From positions 1 to 60,288 of the forward strand of contig VFJJ01000042.1 of NCBI GenBank assembly GCA_009886115.1: a DNA stretch of 60,288 bases, given 5' to 3'. Shown one piece after another: positions 1 to 11,899 of the stretch. The DNA is from Actinomycetota bacterium (GTDB taxonomy: Bacteria; Actinomycetota; Acidimicrobiia; IMCC26256; VFJJ01). Each line of letters starts with the position of its first letter. Positions within the stretch are counted from its first letter, which is position 1. A model generated the notes under the pieces. The model was not told the origin of the DNA, made no database searches, and was given only the letters and a program-made list of their open reading frames with translations. The position numbers were made by a program, and so were the translations under genes.

Positions 1-111
1 ATGAATGTGACGTTGATCAACCCGATCGCGATGGAGGATGGTCTCCGGTTCGCGATTCGTGAGGGTGGTCGTACCGTGGGCGCTGGGCGAGTCATCAAGA
101 TCCTCAAGTAA
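1..111 (+). CDS. tuf: elongation factor Tu, C-terminal fragment (5'-truncated by window)
   Basis: Frame 1 reads ...[29 protein letters not shown], the EF-Tu C-terminus; lies just upstream of rpsJ. Confidence 0.97.
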   Translation: MNVTLINPIAMEDGLRFAIREGGRTVGAGRVIKILK

Positions 112-148
112 TCCACGGACCAACGAGCAGAGAGCGAGCGCGACGACC

Positions 149-475
149 ATGGCCGAAGCGGCCAAGCAGAAGATCCGGATCCGCCTGAAGGCGTACGACC
201 ACGAGATCATCGACCAGTCCACGAAGAAGATCGTGGAGACCGTGGTGCGGACCCAGGCGGTGGTTCGAGGTCCCGTGCCCCTGCCGACAGAGATCCACCG
301 GTACTGCGTGATCCGGTCGCCGCACAAGGACAAGGACTCACGCGAGCACTTCGAGATGCGGATCCACAAGCGGCTGCTCGACATCCTCGACCCGTCGCCC
401 AAGACCGTCGACTCGTTGCAGCGCCTCGACCTTCCGGCGGGCGTCGACATCGAGATCAAGATCCAGCAAGCCTGA
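149..475 (+). CDS. rpsJ: 30S ribosomal protein S10
   Basis: [11 protein letters not shown]...GPVPLPT...[13 protein letters not shown]. Confidence 0.98.
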   Translation: MAEAAKQKIRIRLKAYDHEIIDQSTKKIVETVVRTQAVVRGPVPLPTEIHRYCVIRSPHKDKDSREHFEMRIHKRLLDILDPSPKTVDSLQRLDLPAGVDIEIKIQQA

Positions 476-804
476 GGCGACTCGCTCGGGCGAAGCCTTC
501 GGGCTCCAGTTCGACCAAGACGGCCCAGGCATGCGAAGCTGCCGGTTCCACGCCGTGAGGTGTGGCACAACGACTCATGCAACTCGCCCGCCCGAGCACC
601 ACGGTGCCGGGCACCCGAGCGAGGCCCGACCTCGTGCGGGAAGGCAACAGGACGCGCTGCGTTCTTCCACGCATGGCTTCCCACGCACACACGTGCAGGG
701 GTGAGCTGGAACGAGCGCAGTGCACGCGTCCACGATCCGGGAGAGCCCGCTCCCCCCGATCCAGTGATCGGACAACCGTCCGGTCCGTGGAGACCACCTG
801 AGAG

Positions 805-1452
805 ATGGCGATGGCAAGCAAGGGAATTCTCGGTAAGAAGCTCGGCATGACCCAGGTCTGGGATGCCAACAACCGTGTCGTGCCGGTGACGGTCATCCAG
901 GCCGGGCCCTGTCGCGTCGTGCAGGTCAAGACCCCAGAGAAGGACGGCTACTCGGCCGTCCAGCTCTCCTTCGGCGAGGTCAAGGCCCAGCGGCTCATCA
1001 AACCGGCTCTGGGGCACTTCGCTGCAGCCGGTGTCGAGCCAGCGAAGCACCTCGCCGAGCTGCGGGTCGACGACTCGAGTCAGTTCGCCGTGGGACAGGT
1101 CATCGAGGCCAGTCTCTTCGCAGCCGGCGACTCGGTCGACGTGACCGGCATCTCCAAGGGCAAGGGCTTCACCGGCGGCATGGCCCGACACAACTTCAAG
1201 GGCCAGGGCGCCAGCCACGGTAACCACAAGAAGCACCGGGCACCAGGCTCGATCGGCGCATGCGCCACGCCTGCCCGGGTGTTCAAGGGCACCCGCATGG
1301 CCGGCCAGCACGGCCACCAGCGGGTGACGACCCTGAACCTCGAGGTCGTCGAAGGTGACGCCGAGCGGGGCCTGCTGCTGATCAAGGGCTCGGTCCCCGG
1401 GCCGGCCGGGAGCCTCGTGTTCGTGCGCTCCGCCGTCAAGGGAGGCCGATGA
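805..1452 (+). CDS. rplC: 50S ribosomal protein L3
   Basis: [14 protein letters not shown]...SKGKGF...HRAPGSIG; operon position. Confidence 0.98.
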   Translation: MAMASKGILGKKLGMTQVWDANNRVVPVTVIQAGPCRVVQVKTPEKDGYSAVQLSFGEVKAQRLIKPALGHFAAAGVEPAKHLAELRVDDSSQFAVGQVIEASLFAAGDSVDVTGISKGKGFTGGMARHNFKGQGASHGNHKKHRAPGSIGACATPARVFKGTRMAGQHGHQRVTTLNLEVVEGDAERGLLLIKGSVPGPAGSLVFVRSAVKGGR

Positions 1453-2156
1453 CGATGGTCGATGTCGACGTTCGTACCAAGACCGGCGCCGCGTCCGGAA
1501 CTGTGTCGCTGCACGACCGGGTCTTCGGGATCACCCCGAACGTCCCGGTGATGCACCAGGTCGTCACGGCGCAGCTCGCCGGGATCAGGGCCGGGACCCA
1601 CAGCACCAAGACCCGTGGCGAGGTGTCTGGCGGCGGCGCCAAGCCGTGGCGTCAGAAGGGAACCGGGCGGGCCCGTCAGGGCTCGACCAGGGCGCCGCAC
1701 TGGGCCGGGGGTGGCGTCGCCCACGGACCCAAGCCGCGCGATTACTCGCAGCGAACACCCAAGAAGATGGTGGCCCTCGCGCTGCGCTCGGCCCTCTCCG
1801 ACCGGGCCGCTGAAGGCAAGCTGGCCGTCGTCGACGAGCTCGGCTTCGAGACCCCGAGCACCAAGGCCGCGCTGGCCATGCTCGCTGCGCTCGGCGTGAC
1901 CAACGGTCGCGTGCTCGTCGTGCTCGGACGCGACGACGACGTAGCTTGGAAGTCGCTCCGCAACCTCTCCCGCGTCGACGTGTGCCTCCCCGAGGAGCTC
2001 AACACCTACGACGTGCTGTGCAACGACTGGATCGTCTTCACCTCGGCGGCACTCGCCACTGCGACCGACCGCTTGTCCCGTGATCCCAAGCGGGGCGATC
2101 TGGGCGCTGCAGCGGTCGAAGTGTCGGCCTCGGCCCCGAACCTGGGCAAGGAGTGA
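1449..2156 (+). CDS. rplD: 50S ribosomal protein L4 (short C-terminal extension)
   Basis: [31 protein letters not shown]. Confidence 0.98.
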   Translation: MTMVDVDVRTKTGAASGTVSLHDRVFGITPNVPVMHQVVTAQLAGIRAGTHSTKTRGEVSGGGAKPWRQKGTGRARQGSTRAPHWAGGGVAHGPKPRDYSQRTPKKMVALALRSALSDRAAEGKLAVVDELGFETPSTKAALAMLAALGVTNGRVLVVLGRDDDVAWKSLRNLSRVDVCLPEELNTYDVLCNDWIVFTSAALATATDRLSRDPKRGDLGAAAVEVSASAPNLGKE

Positions 2157-2160
2157 CCCG

Positions 2161-2454
2161 ATGAGCCGCGACCCCCGCGACATCATCTTGCGACCGGTGA
2201 TCTCCGAGAAGAGCTACGCGCTCCTCGAGACCAACGTGTACACGTTCGTCGTCGCCCACGACGCCAACAAGATCGAGATCCGTCACGCTGTCGAGTCGAT
2301 CTTCGGCGTTCGGGTGCTCAACGTGAACACGCTCAACCGCAAGGGCAAGCGCAAGAAGAACCGCAAGAACGGTAAGTGGGGCAAGCGCTCCGACCAGAAG
2401 CGTGCCATCGTCGCCCTCGCCGAGGGCGACCGTATCGAGATCTTCCAGGGCTGA
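2161..2454 (+). CDS. rplW: 50S ribosomal protein L23
   Basis: [12 protein letters not shown]...[29 protein letters not shown] before ATG 2161. Confidence 0.97.
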   Translation: MSRDPRDIILRPVISEKSYALLETNVYTFVVAHDANKIEIRHAVESIFGVRVLNVNTLNRKGKRKKNRKNGKWGKRSDQKRAIVALAEGDRIEIFQG

Positions 2455-2467
2455 GGTAGGACAGGTC

Positions 2468-3304
2468 ATGCCCCTCCGCAAACGCAAGCCGACCAGCCCC
2501 GGCCGTCGGTTCCAGTCGGTCTCCGATTTCTCGGAGATCACCAAGACGACACCCGAGAAGTCACTCGTCCGGCCCAAGCCGTCGACGGGTGGCCGCAACG
2601 CCCACGGGCACATCACGTCCCGGCACCGGGGTGGTGGACACAAGCAGAAGTACCGCGTGGTCGACTTCCGTCGCGACAAGGACGGCATCCCGGCCAAGGT
2701 CGCGGCCATCGAGTACGACCCCAACCGCAACGCCCGTATCGCCCTCCTGCACTACCTCGACGGCGAGAAGCGTTACATCATCCACCCCATCGGTGTATCC
2801 GTCGGCGACATGCTGCGCAGCGGTCAGGGTTCCGAGATCCGTCCGGGCAACGCCCTGCCGATGCGCTACATCCCGGTGGGAACGACCGTCCACAACGTCG
2901 AGATGAAGCCCGGCGCCGGCGCGAAGATGGGCCGCAGCGCCGGCACACAGATCCAGCTGATCGCCAAGGAGGGTGACTACGCGACGCTGCGTCTGCCCTC
3001 CAGCGAGATGAGGCGCGTACCCATCGACTGTCGCGCCACGGTCGGACAGGTCGGCAACCCCGAGGCGTCACTCGTCTCGGTCGGTAAGGCCGGTCGATCC
3101 CGCTGGAAGGGCATCCGTCCACAGACCCGCGGTGTCGCCATGAACCCGGTCGACCATCCGCTCGGTGGTGGCGAGGGCAAGACCTCAGGTGGCCGGCATC
3201 CGGTTTCGCCGTGGGGCAAGCCCGAAGGCCGCACCCGCAAGCGTAAGAAGGCGTCTGACGCCATGATCGTCCGTCGCCGCCGCTCGCGCGGCAACCGGAG
3301 GTAA
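2468..3304 (+). CDS. rplB: 50S ribosomal protein L2
   Basis: KPTSPGRR...[14 protein letters not shown]...[17 protein letters not shown]. Confidence 0.98.
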   Translation: MPLRKRKPTSPGRRFQSVSDFSEITKTTPEKSLVRPKPSTGGRNAHGHITSRHRGGGHKQKYRVVDFRRDKDGIPAKVAAIEYDPNRNARIALLHYLDGEKRYIIHPIGVSVGDMLRSGQGSEIRPGNALPMRYIPVGTTVHNVEMKPGAGAKMGRSAGTQIQLIAKEGDYATLRLPSSEMRRVPIDCRATVGQVGNPEASLVSVGKAGRSRWKGIRPQTRGVAMNPVDHPLGGGEGKTSGGRHPVSPWGKPEGRTRKRKKASDAMIVRRRRSRGNRR

Positions 3305-3307
3305 CTG

Positions 3308-3592
3308 ATGCCCCGCAGCCTGAAGAAGGGCCCTTTCGTCGACGACCACCTCCGGGTCAAGGTCGAGCGCATGAACGAGGCCGGAGACAAGCGAGTGATC
3401 AAGACGTGGTCGCGTCGCTCGACGATCACGCCCGACATGGTGGGTCACACCATGGCCGTGCACGACGGGCGCAAGCACGTGCCCGTGTACGTGACCGAAG
3501 CCATGGTGGGTCACAAGTTGGGCGAGTTCTCGCCGACGCGCACGTTCCGATACCACGCCGGACAGGAGAAGGCCGCGCGCAAGCGCAGGTGA
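3308..3592 (+). CDS. rpsS: 30S ribosomal protein S19
   Basis: [12 protein letters not shown]...TWSRRSTI...[13 protein letters not shown]. Confidence 0.98.
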   Translation: MPRSLKKGPFVDDHLRVKVERMNEAGDKRVIKTWSRRSTITPDMVGHTMAVHDGRKHVPVYVTEAMVGHKLGEFSPTRTFRYHAGQEKAARKRR

Positions 3593-3597
3593 TCCCC

Positions 3598-4353
3598 ATG
3601 CCGATCCCCACCGCAGTCACCAGCACACCCCAGGCCCGGGCCATCCTCCGGCATCACCGCCAGGCGGCGTTCAAGGTCCGTGAGGTCCTCGAGCTCATCC
3701 GGGGCAAGTCCGTCGAAGAGTCGCGGGGCATCCTGCGCTTTTGCGAGCGCGGCTCGGCCGACATCGTCCTCAAGCTCGTGAACTCGGCTGCAGCCAACGC
3801 CGAGAACAACCTCGGCATCCCCGACGACGAGCTGTTCGTCGCGGCCTGCTACGCCGACGAGGGCCCCACCATCAAGCGGTGGCGCCCACGAGCCCGAGGC
3901 CGCGCCACCCGGATCCGTAAGCGCACCTGCCACGTGACCTTGATCGTGGCGCGCTACACCGAGATCGAGCTCGGACGCCTGCGGCGCAGCGAGACCACCA
4001 CCCAAGCTGACCGTCGTCGTCGCCTGCGTCGTCGCCGGGAGCAGGACGCGGCCGAGAAGCACGAGCGCAAGGTCGCCGCTCGCGACGAGGCTCTGGCCGA
4101 GGACCACGACCACGACCACGAGGGCGCCGAGCCCGTCTCGCTCGGCAAGGCCTCGGACGTCGCCACCGAGGACGACGGCGGTCCCGCCGAGGTCATCGAG
4201 GACTCGATCATCGACGCTGACGACACGCCATCCGAGGCGAGCGCGGCTGCCGAGACGGACACGGCTGCCGAGACGGACACGGGTGCCGACACGGATGCGG
4301 ATGCGGACACCAGTCCCCCCGGGACCGGCGGCGACGCCGATGAGGAGAACTGA
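3598..4353 (+). CDS. rplV: 50S ribosomal protein L22 with long C-terminal extension
   Basis: KVREVLELIRGK...SAAANAENN...DEGPTIKRWRPRARGRATRIRKRTCHVT, then a ~130 aa low-complexity tail. Confidence 0.95.
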   Translation: MPIPTAVTSTPQARAILRHHRQAAFKVREVLELIRGKSVEESRGILRFCERGSADIVLKLVNSAAANAENNLGIPDDELFVAACYADEGPTIKRWRPRARGRATRIRKRTCHVTLIVARYTEIELGRLRRSETTTQADRRRRLRRRREQDAAEKHERKVAARDEALAEDHDHDHEGAEPVSLGKASDVATEDDGGPAEVIEDSIIDADDTPSEASAAAETDTAAETDTGADTDADADTSPPGTGGDADEEN

Positions 4354-4356
4354 ACC

Positions 4357-5274
<918 letters not shown>

Positions 5275-5287
5275 GGGCCAGAGAACC

Positions 5288-5701
5288 ATGTTGATGCCGC
5301 GACGGGTCCGGCACCGCAAGGTGCAGCGGGGCCGAATGACAGGAGTCGCCAAGGGCGGCTCGAAGGTGCAGTTCGGCGACTACGGGCTCCAAGCCCTCGA
5401 GCCGGCCTGGATCACCAACCGCCAGATCGAGGCCGCTCGTATCGCCATGACGCGCCACATCCGTCGTGGCGGCAAGGTCTGGATCAACATCTTCCCCGAC
5501 AAGCCGGTCACCCAGAAGCCGGCCGAGACCCGCATGGGCTCGGGCAAGGGCAACCCCGAGTACTGGGTGGCCGTCGTCAAGCCGGGCCGCGTCATGTTCG
5601 AGCTCGCCGGTGTTCCCGAGGCCACTGCTCGGGAGGCCATCCGGCTGGCGATGCACAAGCTGCCGATCAAGTGCCGATTCATCGCTCGTGAGGAGGGCTG
5701 A
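5288..5701 (+). CDS. rplP: 50S ribosomal protein L16
   Basis: [12 protein letters not shown]...ETRMGSGKG. Confidence 0.98.
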   Translation: MLMPRRVRHRKVQRGRMTGVAKGGSKVQFGDYGLQALEPAWITNRQIEAARIAMTRHIRRGGKVWINIFPDKPVTQKPAETRMGSGKGNPEYWVAVVKPGRVMFELAGVPEATAREAIRLAMHKLPIKCRFIAREEG

Positions 5702-5702
5702 G

Positions 5703-5915
5703 ATGGCAACCGCCTCCGAGCTCCGTGAGCTGTCCGACGCCGAGCTGCAAGACCGGCTCAACGAGAGCAAGGAAGAGCTGTTCAACCTGCGCTTCCAACT
5801 CGTGACCGGCCAGCTCGACAATGCATCGAGGATCGGGCACATCAAGCGCGACATCGCCCGGCTCCACACGATCGTCCGTCAGCGTGAGATCGCTGCCGCC
5901 GAGCAGAGCGCCTGA
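5703..5915 (+). CDS. rpmC: 50S ribosomal protein L29
   Basis: ELRELSD...[18 protein letters not shown]...KRDIARLHT. Confidence 0.97.
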   Translation: MATASELRELSDAELQDRLNESKEELFNLRFQLVTGQLDNASRIGHIKRDIARLHTIVRQREIAAAEQSA

Positions 5916-5929
5916 GAGGAGCGTCCACC

Positions 5930-6337
5930 ATGTCCGACCAGGCCCCGTCTGATAGCACCACGCCCGACGAGCCCTCCGCAGTGGCTGTCGCCGAGGAAGC
6001 CGTGAGCGCTGCACCCGCAGCGGTCACGGCGCCGACTGCCCCTGCGCCGTCAGCAGAAGCTCCGGCCACCGAGGCATCCGACGCCCGCCCGAACCGTCGC
6101 AAGGTTCGGGAAGGGGTCGTCGTCTCGGCGAAGATGCAGGAGACGGTGATCGTCTCGGTGATCGACAAGGTCCGTCACCCGCGTTACGGCAAGACGATGC
6201 AGCGCACCAAGCGTCTGTACGCGCACAACATCGGCAACGACGCCCGTGAAGGCGACCGGGTACGGGTCCAAGAGACCCGCCCGATGTCGAAGCTCAAGCG
6301 CTGGCGCGTTGTTGAAGTGCTCGAGCGGGCTCGCTGA
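5930..6337 (+). CDS. rpsQ: 30S ribosomal protein S17 with Ala/Pro-rich N-terminal extension
   Basis: [13 protein letters not shown]...HPRYGK...[19 protein letters not shown] before ATG 5930. Confidence 0.96.
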   Translation: MSDQAPSDSTTPDEPSAVAVAEEAVSAAPAAVTAPTAPAPSAEAPATEASDARPNRRKVREGVVVSAKMQETVIVSVIDKVRHPRYGKTMQRTKRLYAHNIGNDAREGDRVRVQETRPMSKLKRWRVVEVLERAR

Positions 6338-6386
6338 GCCTCATTGTGCACATGAGCACGCCGCACACCAGTCGAGGGAACCTCCC

Positions 6387-6755
6387 ATGATCCAGCAGGA
6401 ATCGCGACTCAAGGTCGCCGACAACTCGGGCGCCAAAGAAGTGCTGTGCATCCGCGTGCTCGGTGGCACCAAGCGTCGCTACGCCAGCATCGGCGACATC
6501 TTCGTGGCGACCGTCAAGGACGCCATCCCGGGTGCGGCGGTGAAGAAGGGTGACGTCGTCAAGTGCGTCGTCGTCCGAACCAAGAAAGAGAAGCGTCGGC
6601 CCGACGGGAGCTACATCCGCTTCGACGAGAACGCGGCGGTGCTCATCCGTGACGACATGCAGCCGCGAGGGACCCGCATCTTCGGCCCGGTTGGCCGGGA
6701 GCTGCGTGACCGGCGCTTCATGCGGATCGTCTCCCTCGCTCCGGAGGTGTTGTGA
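6387..6755 (+). CDS. rplN: 50S ribosomal protein L14
   Basis: [17 protein letters not shown]...[13 protein letters not shown]...SLAPEVL. Confidence 0.98.
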   Translation: MIQQESRLKVADNSGAKEVLCIRVLGGTKRRYASIGDIFVATVKDAIPGAAVKKGDVVKCVVVRTKKEKRRPDGSYIRFDENAAVLIRDDMQPRGTRIFGPVGRELRDRRFMRIVSLAPEVL

Positions 6756-7093
6756 CCATGCCCAAGATGGAACTCCGTACGAAGATGAAGCTGCGCAAGG
6801 GCGACCGCGTGCGAGTGATCGCCGGTAAGGACCTGGGCAAGGAGGGCGACATCATGACCGTCCTCCCCAAGGCCAACAAGGTGATCGTCGACGGCGTGAA
6901 CATGGCCAAGAAGCACCAGCGCGCCACCAAGGCCACCCAGCAGGGCGGGATCATCGACAAGGACATGCCGATTCACGTCTCGAACGTGCAGATCATGTGC
7001 TCGAGCTGCGACAAGCCGGTTCGGATCGGATATCGACTCGAGCCCGGCGGCGCCAAGTTCCGGGTCTGCAAGTCGTGCGGCAAAGGCCTGTGA
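6752..7093 (+). CDS. rplX: 50S ribosomal protein L24 (exact start uncertain; CxxC...CxxC at C-terminus)
   Basis: [21 protein letters not shown]...PIHVSNV. Confidence 0.96.
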   Translation: MTMPKMELRTKMKLRKGDRVRVIAGKDLGKEGDIMTVLPKANKVIVDGVNMAKKHQRATKATQQGGIIDKDMPIHVSNVQIMCSSCDKPVRIGYRLEPGGAKFRVCKSCGKGL

Positions 7094-7106
7094 GGAAGGG
7101 ACGACG

Positions 7107-7682
7107 ATGACCGTCGCAGAGCGGGTGAAGCCCCGCCTCAAGCAACGCTATGACGAACAGCTCAAGAGCGCCCTCCAAGAGGAGCTCGGGTTGCCCAACG
7201 TCATGCAGGTGCCGAGCCTGGCCAAGATCGTGGTCAACTGCGGCGTCGGCGAGGCCGTCAAGCAGTCGAACCTGATCGACGGGGCCGTCACCGACGTCAC
7301 CATCATCACCGGTCAAAAACCGGTGGTGACCAAGGCCCGCAAGTCGATCGCCGGGTTCAAGATCCGCGAGGGTCAGGCGATCGGCGTCAAGGTCACCCTC
7401 CGGGGCGATCGCATGTGGGAGTTCTACGACCGGCTCGTCACGTTGGCGATTCCCCGGATCCGAGACTTCCGAGGCCTCGATCCCGATGGGTTCGACGGGA
7501 TGGGCAACTACTCCTTCGGGATCACCGAGCAGTTGATCTTTCCCGAGATCGACTACGACAAGATCGACACGGTACGAGGTATGGGATTCGTGATCGTCAC
7601 GACCGCCCGCACGAACGACGAGGGTCGGGCGCTGTTGCGGGCCCTCGGGTTCCCGTTCCGCCGCACCGGACAGCAGGGGTGA
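7107..7682 (+). CDS. rplE: 50S ribosomal protein L5
   Basis: ITGQKP...[13 protein letters not shown]...PRIRDFRG. Confidence 0.98.
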   Translation: MTVAERVKPRLKQRYDEQLKSALQEELGLPNVMQVPSLAKIVVNCGVGEAVKQSNLIDGAVTDVTIITGQKPVVTKARKSIAGFKIREGQAIGVKVTLRGDRMWEFYDRLVTLAIPRIRDFRGLDPDGFDGMGNYSFGITEQLIFPEIDYDKIDTVRGMGFVIVTTARTNDEGRALLRALGFPFRRTGQQG

Positions 7683-7686
7683 GGGT

Positions 7687-7872
7687 ATGGCCAAGAAGGC
7701 TCTGATCGAGAAGCAGCAGCGCACACCGAAGTTCAAGGTGCGCGGGTACACGCGATGCCGTCGGTGCGGTCGACCCCGGGCGGTCTACCAGGACTTCGGA
7801 CTCTGCCGAATCTGTCTCCGGGTGATGGTGCACGCGGGCGAAGTGCCCGGCGTGCGCAAGGCGTCGTGGTGA
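7687..7872 (+). CDS. rpsZ: 30S ribosomal protein S14, zinc-binding type Z
   Basis: 61 aa, RCRRCGRPR...FGLCRICLR...PGVRKASW. Confidence 0.97.
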   Translation: MAKKALIEKQQRTPKFKVRGYTRCRRCGRPRAVYQDFGLCRICLRVMVHAGEVPGVRKASW

Positions 7873-7888
7873 GGGGGGTGGCCGTCCG

Positions 7889-8290
7889 ATGATGACCGAC
7901 CCGATCGCCGACCTGCTCACGCGGATCCGCAACGCCAACATGGCCTTCCACGACGCGACGACGATGCCCACGTCGAAGCTGAAGGAAGCCCTGGCTGCGA
8001 TCATGCTGAGCGAGGGCTTCATCGAGGGTTTCGAGCTGAGCGACAACGACCCGCGTCCTGGGCGCACGCTCACGATCCGACTCAAGTACACCCACGACCG
8101 CAAGCGCACGATCACCGGCCTCAAGCGGGTGTCGAAGCCGGGGCTGCGGGTGTACTCGAAGGCCGACGCTGTTCCTCGGGTTCTCGGAGGCCTCGGCATC
8201 TCGATCCTGTCGACCAACCAGGGTCTGCTCACCGACCGTGAAGCGCGTCGGCGCAAGGTCGGTGGCGAGATCCTGTGCCAAGTCTGGTGA
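7889..8290 (+). CDS. rpsH: 30S ribosomal protein S8
   Basis: [15 protein letters not shown]...[10 protein letters not shown]. Confidence 0.98.
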   Translation: MMTDPIADLLTRIRNANMAFHDATTMPTSKLKEALAAIMLSEGFIEGFELSDNDPRPGRTLTIRLKYTHDRKRTITGLKRVSKPGLRVYSKADAVPRVLGGLGISILSTNQGLLTDREARRRKVGGEILCQVW

Positions 8291-8339
8291 CCCGGACCCT
8301 GAACTCCACCAGGGCTTCTCGAGGCAAGAGGTAGACAGC

Positions 8340-8879
8340 ATGTCCCGAATCGGTCGTACTCCCATTGCAGTTCCCGCGGGGGTCGACGTCGTGATCGATG
8401 GCGCGAGCATCACCGTGAAGGGCCCGAAGGGGACCCTGCAGCGGGAGCTCCCGGCCGACATCGACGTCGCTCTCGACGGCGGGCAGCTGGTCGTGACCCG
8501 TCCGAGCGACGAGCGTCGGCATCGCTCGTTGCACGGCCTCACCCGCACGTTGGTCTCGAACATGGTCGTCGGCGTCTCCGACGGCTATGCCAAGGACCTG
8601 GAGATCGTCGGCGTCGGCTACCGTGCCGCAGCGCCATCGCCCACTCGGCTCGAGATGGCGTTGGGCTTTTCCCATCCGGTGAACCTCGATGCACCTGACG
8701 GCATCACGTTCGAGACGCCGGCAGCGACGCGCATCACCGTGCGCGGCATCGACAAGCAGCTCGTCGGCCAAGTGGCCGCCAACATCCGCAAGATCCGCAA
8801 GCCGGAGCCGTACAAGGGCAAGGGCATCCGCTACGCGGGCGAGATCGTCCGTCGCAAGGCCGGCAAGGCCGCGAAATAA
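8340..8879 (+). CDS. rplF: 50S ribosomal protein L6
   Basis: MSRIGR.PI...[11 protein letters not shown]. Confidence 0.98.
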   Translation: MSRIGRTPIAVPAGVDVVIDGASITVKGPKGTLQRELPADIDVALDGGQLVVTRPSDERRHRSLHGLTRTLVSNMVVGVSDGYAKDLEIVGVGYRAAAPSPTRLEMALGFSHPVNLDAPDGITFETPAATRITVRGIDKQLVGQVAANIRKIRKPEPYKGKGIRYAGEIVRRKAGKAAK

Positions 8880-8893
8880 GGGGACGTCCCACG

Positions 8894-9256
8894 ATGAGCC
8901 TCACCAAGCGAGAGGCCCTGACCCGGCGGCATCGTCGGGTGCGCAAGAAGGTCACCGGCACGGCCCAACGGCCGCGCCTTGCCGTCTTCCGCAGCAACAA
9001 GCACATCTACGCCCAGGTGGTCGACGACGTCTCCGGACGTACGATCGTCTCCGCTTCGACCGTGGAGGCCGCGCTCCGCGTGTCCGACTCGGGGACGGGT
9101 AACGTCACGGCCGCTAAGTCGGTCGGGCAACTCGTCGGCGAACGGGCCAAGGCCGCAGGCATCGAGCACGTCGTGTTCGACCGCGGAGGTTTTCAGTACC
9201 ACGGGCGCGTCGCTGCCGTGGCCGATGGGGCCCGCGAGGCCGGGCTCGTGTTCTAG
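8894..9256 (+). CDS. rplR: 50S ribosomal protein L18
   Basis: [16 protein letters not shown]...[14 protein letters not shown]. Confidence 0.98.
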   Translation: MSLTKREALTRRHRRVRKKVTGTAQRPRLAVFRSNKHIYAQVVDDVSGRTIVSASTVEAALRVSDSGTGNVTAAKSVGQLVGERAKAAGIEHVVFDRGGFQYHGRVAAVADGAREAGLVF

Positions 9257-9266
9257 GGAGTTGGCC

Positions 9267-9815
9267 ATGGCTGACGGGCAGTTCGAAGAGCGGGTCATCA
9301 GCATCAATCGGGTCGCCAAGGTCGTCAAGGGCGGCCGGCGGTTCTCGTTCACGGCGCTTGTCGTCGTGGGTGACGGCGAGGGGCGTGTCGGCCTGGGCTA
9401 CGGCAAGGCCAAGGAAGTCCCGGCTGCGATCCAAAAGGGCATGGAGGAGGCCAAGAAGAACGTCTTCTCCGTACCCATGGCCGGCTCGACGGTGGTGCAC
9501 ACGATCCTGGGTCGCCACGACGCCGCTCGGGTGCTCATCAAGCCCGCTGCTCCCGGTACCGGGGTCATCGCAGGCGGCGCCGTGCGCTCGATCCTCGAAG
9601 CCGCCGGGATCCACGACGTGCTGGCCAAGTCGCTGGGCTCGTCGAACTCGATCAACGTCGCCCGGGCCGCCATCGATGCGCTGCGCAAGTTGAAGCGCCC
9701 CGACTACATGGCGCGCATCCGCGGGCTCGACGCCGAGGAGTTCGTGCCGGCCGGCCTGCTGAAGGCCTACCGCGAGTCGCAGGCCCCCAAGCGTGAGATC
9801 GTGGAGGTCAGGTAA
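9267..9815 (+). CDS. rpsE: 30S ribosomal protein S5
   Basis: [24 protein letters not shown]. Confidence 0.98.
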   Translation: MADGQFEERVISINRVAKVVKGGRRFSFTALVVVGDGEGRVGLGYGKAKEVPAAIQKGMEEAKKNVFSVPMAGSTVVHTILGRHDAARVLIKPAAPGTGVIAGGAVRSILEAAGIHDVLAKSLGSSNSINVARAAIDALRKLKRPDYMARIRGLDAEEFVPAGLLKAYRESQAPKREIVEVR

Positions 9816-9817
9816 CC

Positions 9818-10003
9818 GTGGGCGTGCTTCGTGTGACGCAGTTGAAGTCGACGATCGGGACCAAGCCCAAGCACCGGGGGACCATCCGGGCCTTGGGGCT
9901 CAAGCGCATCAACCACACGGTGGAGCTGCCCGACCGTCCTGAGATCCGCGGGATGCTCGCTCGGGTTCCGCACCTGGTGAAGTTCGAAGAGGTGAACCAA
10001 TGA
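9818..10003 (+). CDS. rpmD: 50S ribosomal protein L30
   Basis: LRVTQLKSTIG...ALGLKRINHTV...IRGML. Confidence 0.96.
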   Translation: MGVLRVTQLKSTIGTKPKHRGTIRALGLKRINHTVELPDRPEIRGMLARVPHLVKFEEVNQ

Positions 10004-10485
10004 AGGTGCACGATCTCAAGCCGGCCGAGGGCTCGACGCACAAGCCCCGGCGTGTCGGGCGAGGCATCGCGGGCAGGGGCGGGAAGACCGCGGGTCGCGG
10101 TGGCAAGGGCCAGCACGCCCGCAACACCGTCAAGCCGGGCTTCGAGGGTGGCCAGACGCCGTTGAACCGGCGCATGCCCAAGGGCAAGGGGTTCAAGAAC
10201 CCCTTCCGCGTCGAGTACCAGGGCATCAACCTCGACACGCTCGAGGAGTTCGAGGGCTCGGTCATCTCGCCCGAGACCCTGCGGGCCCGCGGGCTCGTCC
10301 ACAAGCACGCCTACGTGAAGATCCTCGGGCGGGGAACCGTGACCCGGGCGCTCACGGTGAAGGTCCACGCCTGCTCGAAGTCGGCCGAGGCCGCCATCGT
10401 CGCGGCCGGCGGAACCATCGAGACCATCCCGATGCCCTTCTCCGTGCGTCCCGCGGCCAAGGGCAACGCGTTGCAGGGTCGTTGA
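10000..10485 (+). CDS. rplO: 50S ribosomal protein L15
   Basis: RVGRG...GKTAGRGGKGQ.AR...GFEGGQTPL.RRMPK. Confidence 0.98.
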   Translation: MKVHDLKPAEGSTHKPRRVGRGIAGRGGKTAGRGGKGQHARNTVKPGFEGGQTPLNRRMPKGKGFKNPFRVEYQGINLDTLEEFEGSVISPETLRARGLVHKHAYVKILGRGTVTRALTVKVHACSKSAEAAIVAAGGTIETIPMPFSVRPAAKGNALQGR

Positions 10486-10564
10486 GCGTGGTGGTCAGCC
10501 GCCTGTGCCGGGCCGATAGCCTCAGCGCACGTTCGGCAGCAACCACGACCAACGAGGGCCGTCG

Positions 10565-11869
10565 ATGATCTCCCGCTTGCAGAACATCTTCCGGGTCGCC
10601 GACCTGCGCAACAAGGTTCTGTTCACGATCCTCATCGTCGCGGTCTACCGCCTGGGATCGCACGTCCCGGCTCCCTACGTCGCGTTCGACCAGATCCAGG
10701 CGCTCAAGGAGTCGGCCGAGGACGGTGGCGGCGTCGCCCTTTTGAACCTGTTCTCGGGCGGGGCGCTCACCAACGTGGCCATCTTCGCTCTCGGGATCAT
10801 GCCGTACATCACGTCGTCGATCATCATGCAGTTGCTGTCGGTGGTGATCCCCAAGATCGAGCAGTGGCAGAGCGAGGGCCAGCCCGGTCAGAAGAAGATC
10901 ACGCAGGCGACGCGATACATGACCGTTTCGCTGGCGCTACTCCAATCGACGGGCATCGTGTTCGCGCTGCACAACGGCTCGGGCGGCTTCTTCTTCAACA
11001 ACAACCGGGGCCTCGACCTCATCCCGAACTTCAACACCTGGCGCGTGATGCTCATCGTGATCACGCTCACAGCCGGGACCGCGTTCATCATGTGGCTGGG
11101 CGAGCTCATCAGCCAGCGGGGCATCGGCAACGGCATGTCGATCCTGATCTTCGCCTCGGTGGTCTCGCGTCTGCCCGCTGACGGCTCGGCGATCTGGTCG
11201 GAGAAGAGCATCTTCACGTTCTTCGTGGTCATCGCCATGGCCATCGCCATGATCGTCGGGATCGTCTTCGTCGAGTCGGGCCAACGTCGGATCCCTGTCC
11301 AGTTCGCCAAGCGGGTCGTCGGGCGCCGGATGTACGGGGGCCAGAGCACCTACATCCCGCTCAAGGTGAACCAGTCGGGCGTGATCCCCATCATCTTCGC
11401 CAGCTCGGTGCTGTACTTCCCGACGCTCATCTCGAGCTCGCTGCCCTGGGACTGGCTCGGCAACAACATCGACAAATACTTCGTGGGTCAGGGCCAGACG
11501 AGCTGGATCTACATCGTCTTCTACACGGCGCTCATCATCTTCTTCGCCTACTTCTACACGGCGATCAGCTTCAACCCGGCGCAACAGGCCGACATCATCC
11601 GACGTCAGGGTGGGTTCATCCCCGGAATCCGTCCGGGCCCGCCGACCGAGGCCTACCTGGGCAAGACGCTGAACCGCATCACCCTGCCCGGCTCGGCGTT
11701 CCTCGCCGCGATCGCCCTGGTCCCGTTGCTCGTCTTCAAGTTCTGGGACATCAGCCAGTTCCCGTTCGGGGGCACGTCGATCCTCATCACCGTCGGCGTG
11801 GCGCTCGAGACGATGAAGCAGATCGACAGTCAGCTGATGATGCGCAACTACGAGGGGTTCCTGGCCTAG
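10565..11869 (+). CDS. secY: preprotein translocase subunit SecY
   Basis: IFALGIMPYITSSII...PLKVNQSGVIPIIFASS...IPGIRPG. Confidence 0.98.
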   Translation: MISRLQNIFRVADLRNKVLFTILIVAVYRLGSHVPAPYVAFDQIQALKESAEDGGGVALLNLFSGGALTNVAIFALGIMPYITSSIIMQLLSVVIPKIEQWQSEGQPGQKKITQATRYMTVSLALLQSTGIVFALHNGSGGFFFNNNRGLDLIPNFNTWRVMLIVITLTAGTAFIMWLGELISQRGIGNGMSILIFASVVSRLPADGSAIWSEKSIFTFFVVIAMAIAMIVGIVFVESGQRRIPVQFAKRVVGRRMYGGQSTYIPLKVNQSGVIPIIFASSVLYFPTLISSSLPWDWLGNNIDKYFVGQGQTSWIYIVFYTALIIFFAYFYTAISFNPAQQADIIRRQGGFIPGIRPGPPTEAYLGKTLNRITLPGSAFLAAIALVPLLVFKFWDISQFPFGGTSILITVGVALETMKQIDSQLMMRNYEGFLA

Positions 11870-11899
11870 CGGCCAGGAACGCGCCCACGGCCGTCACGG

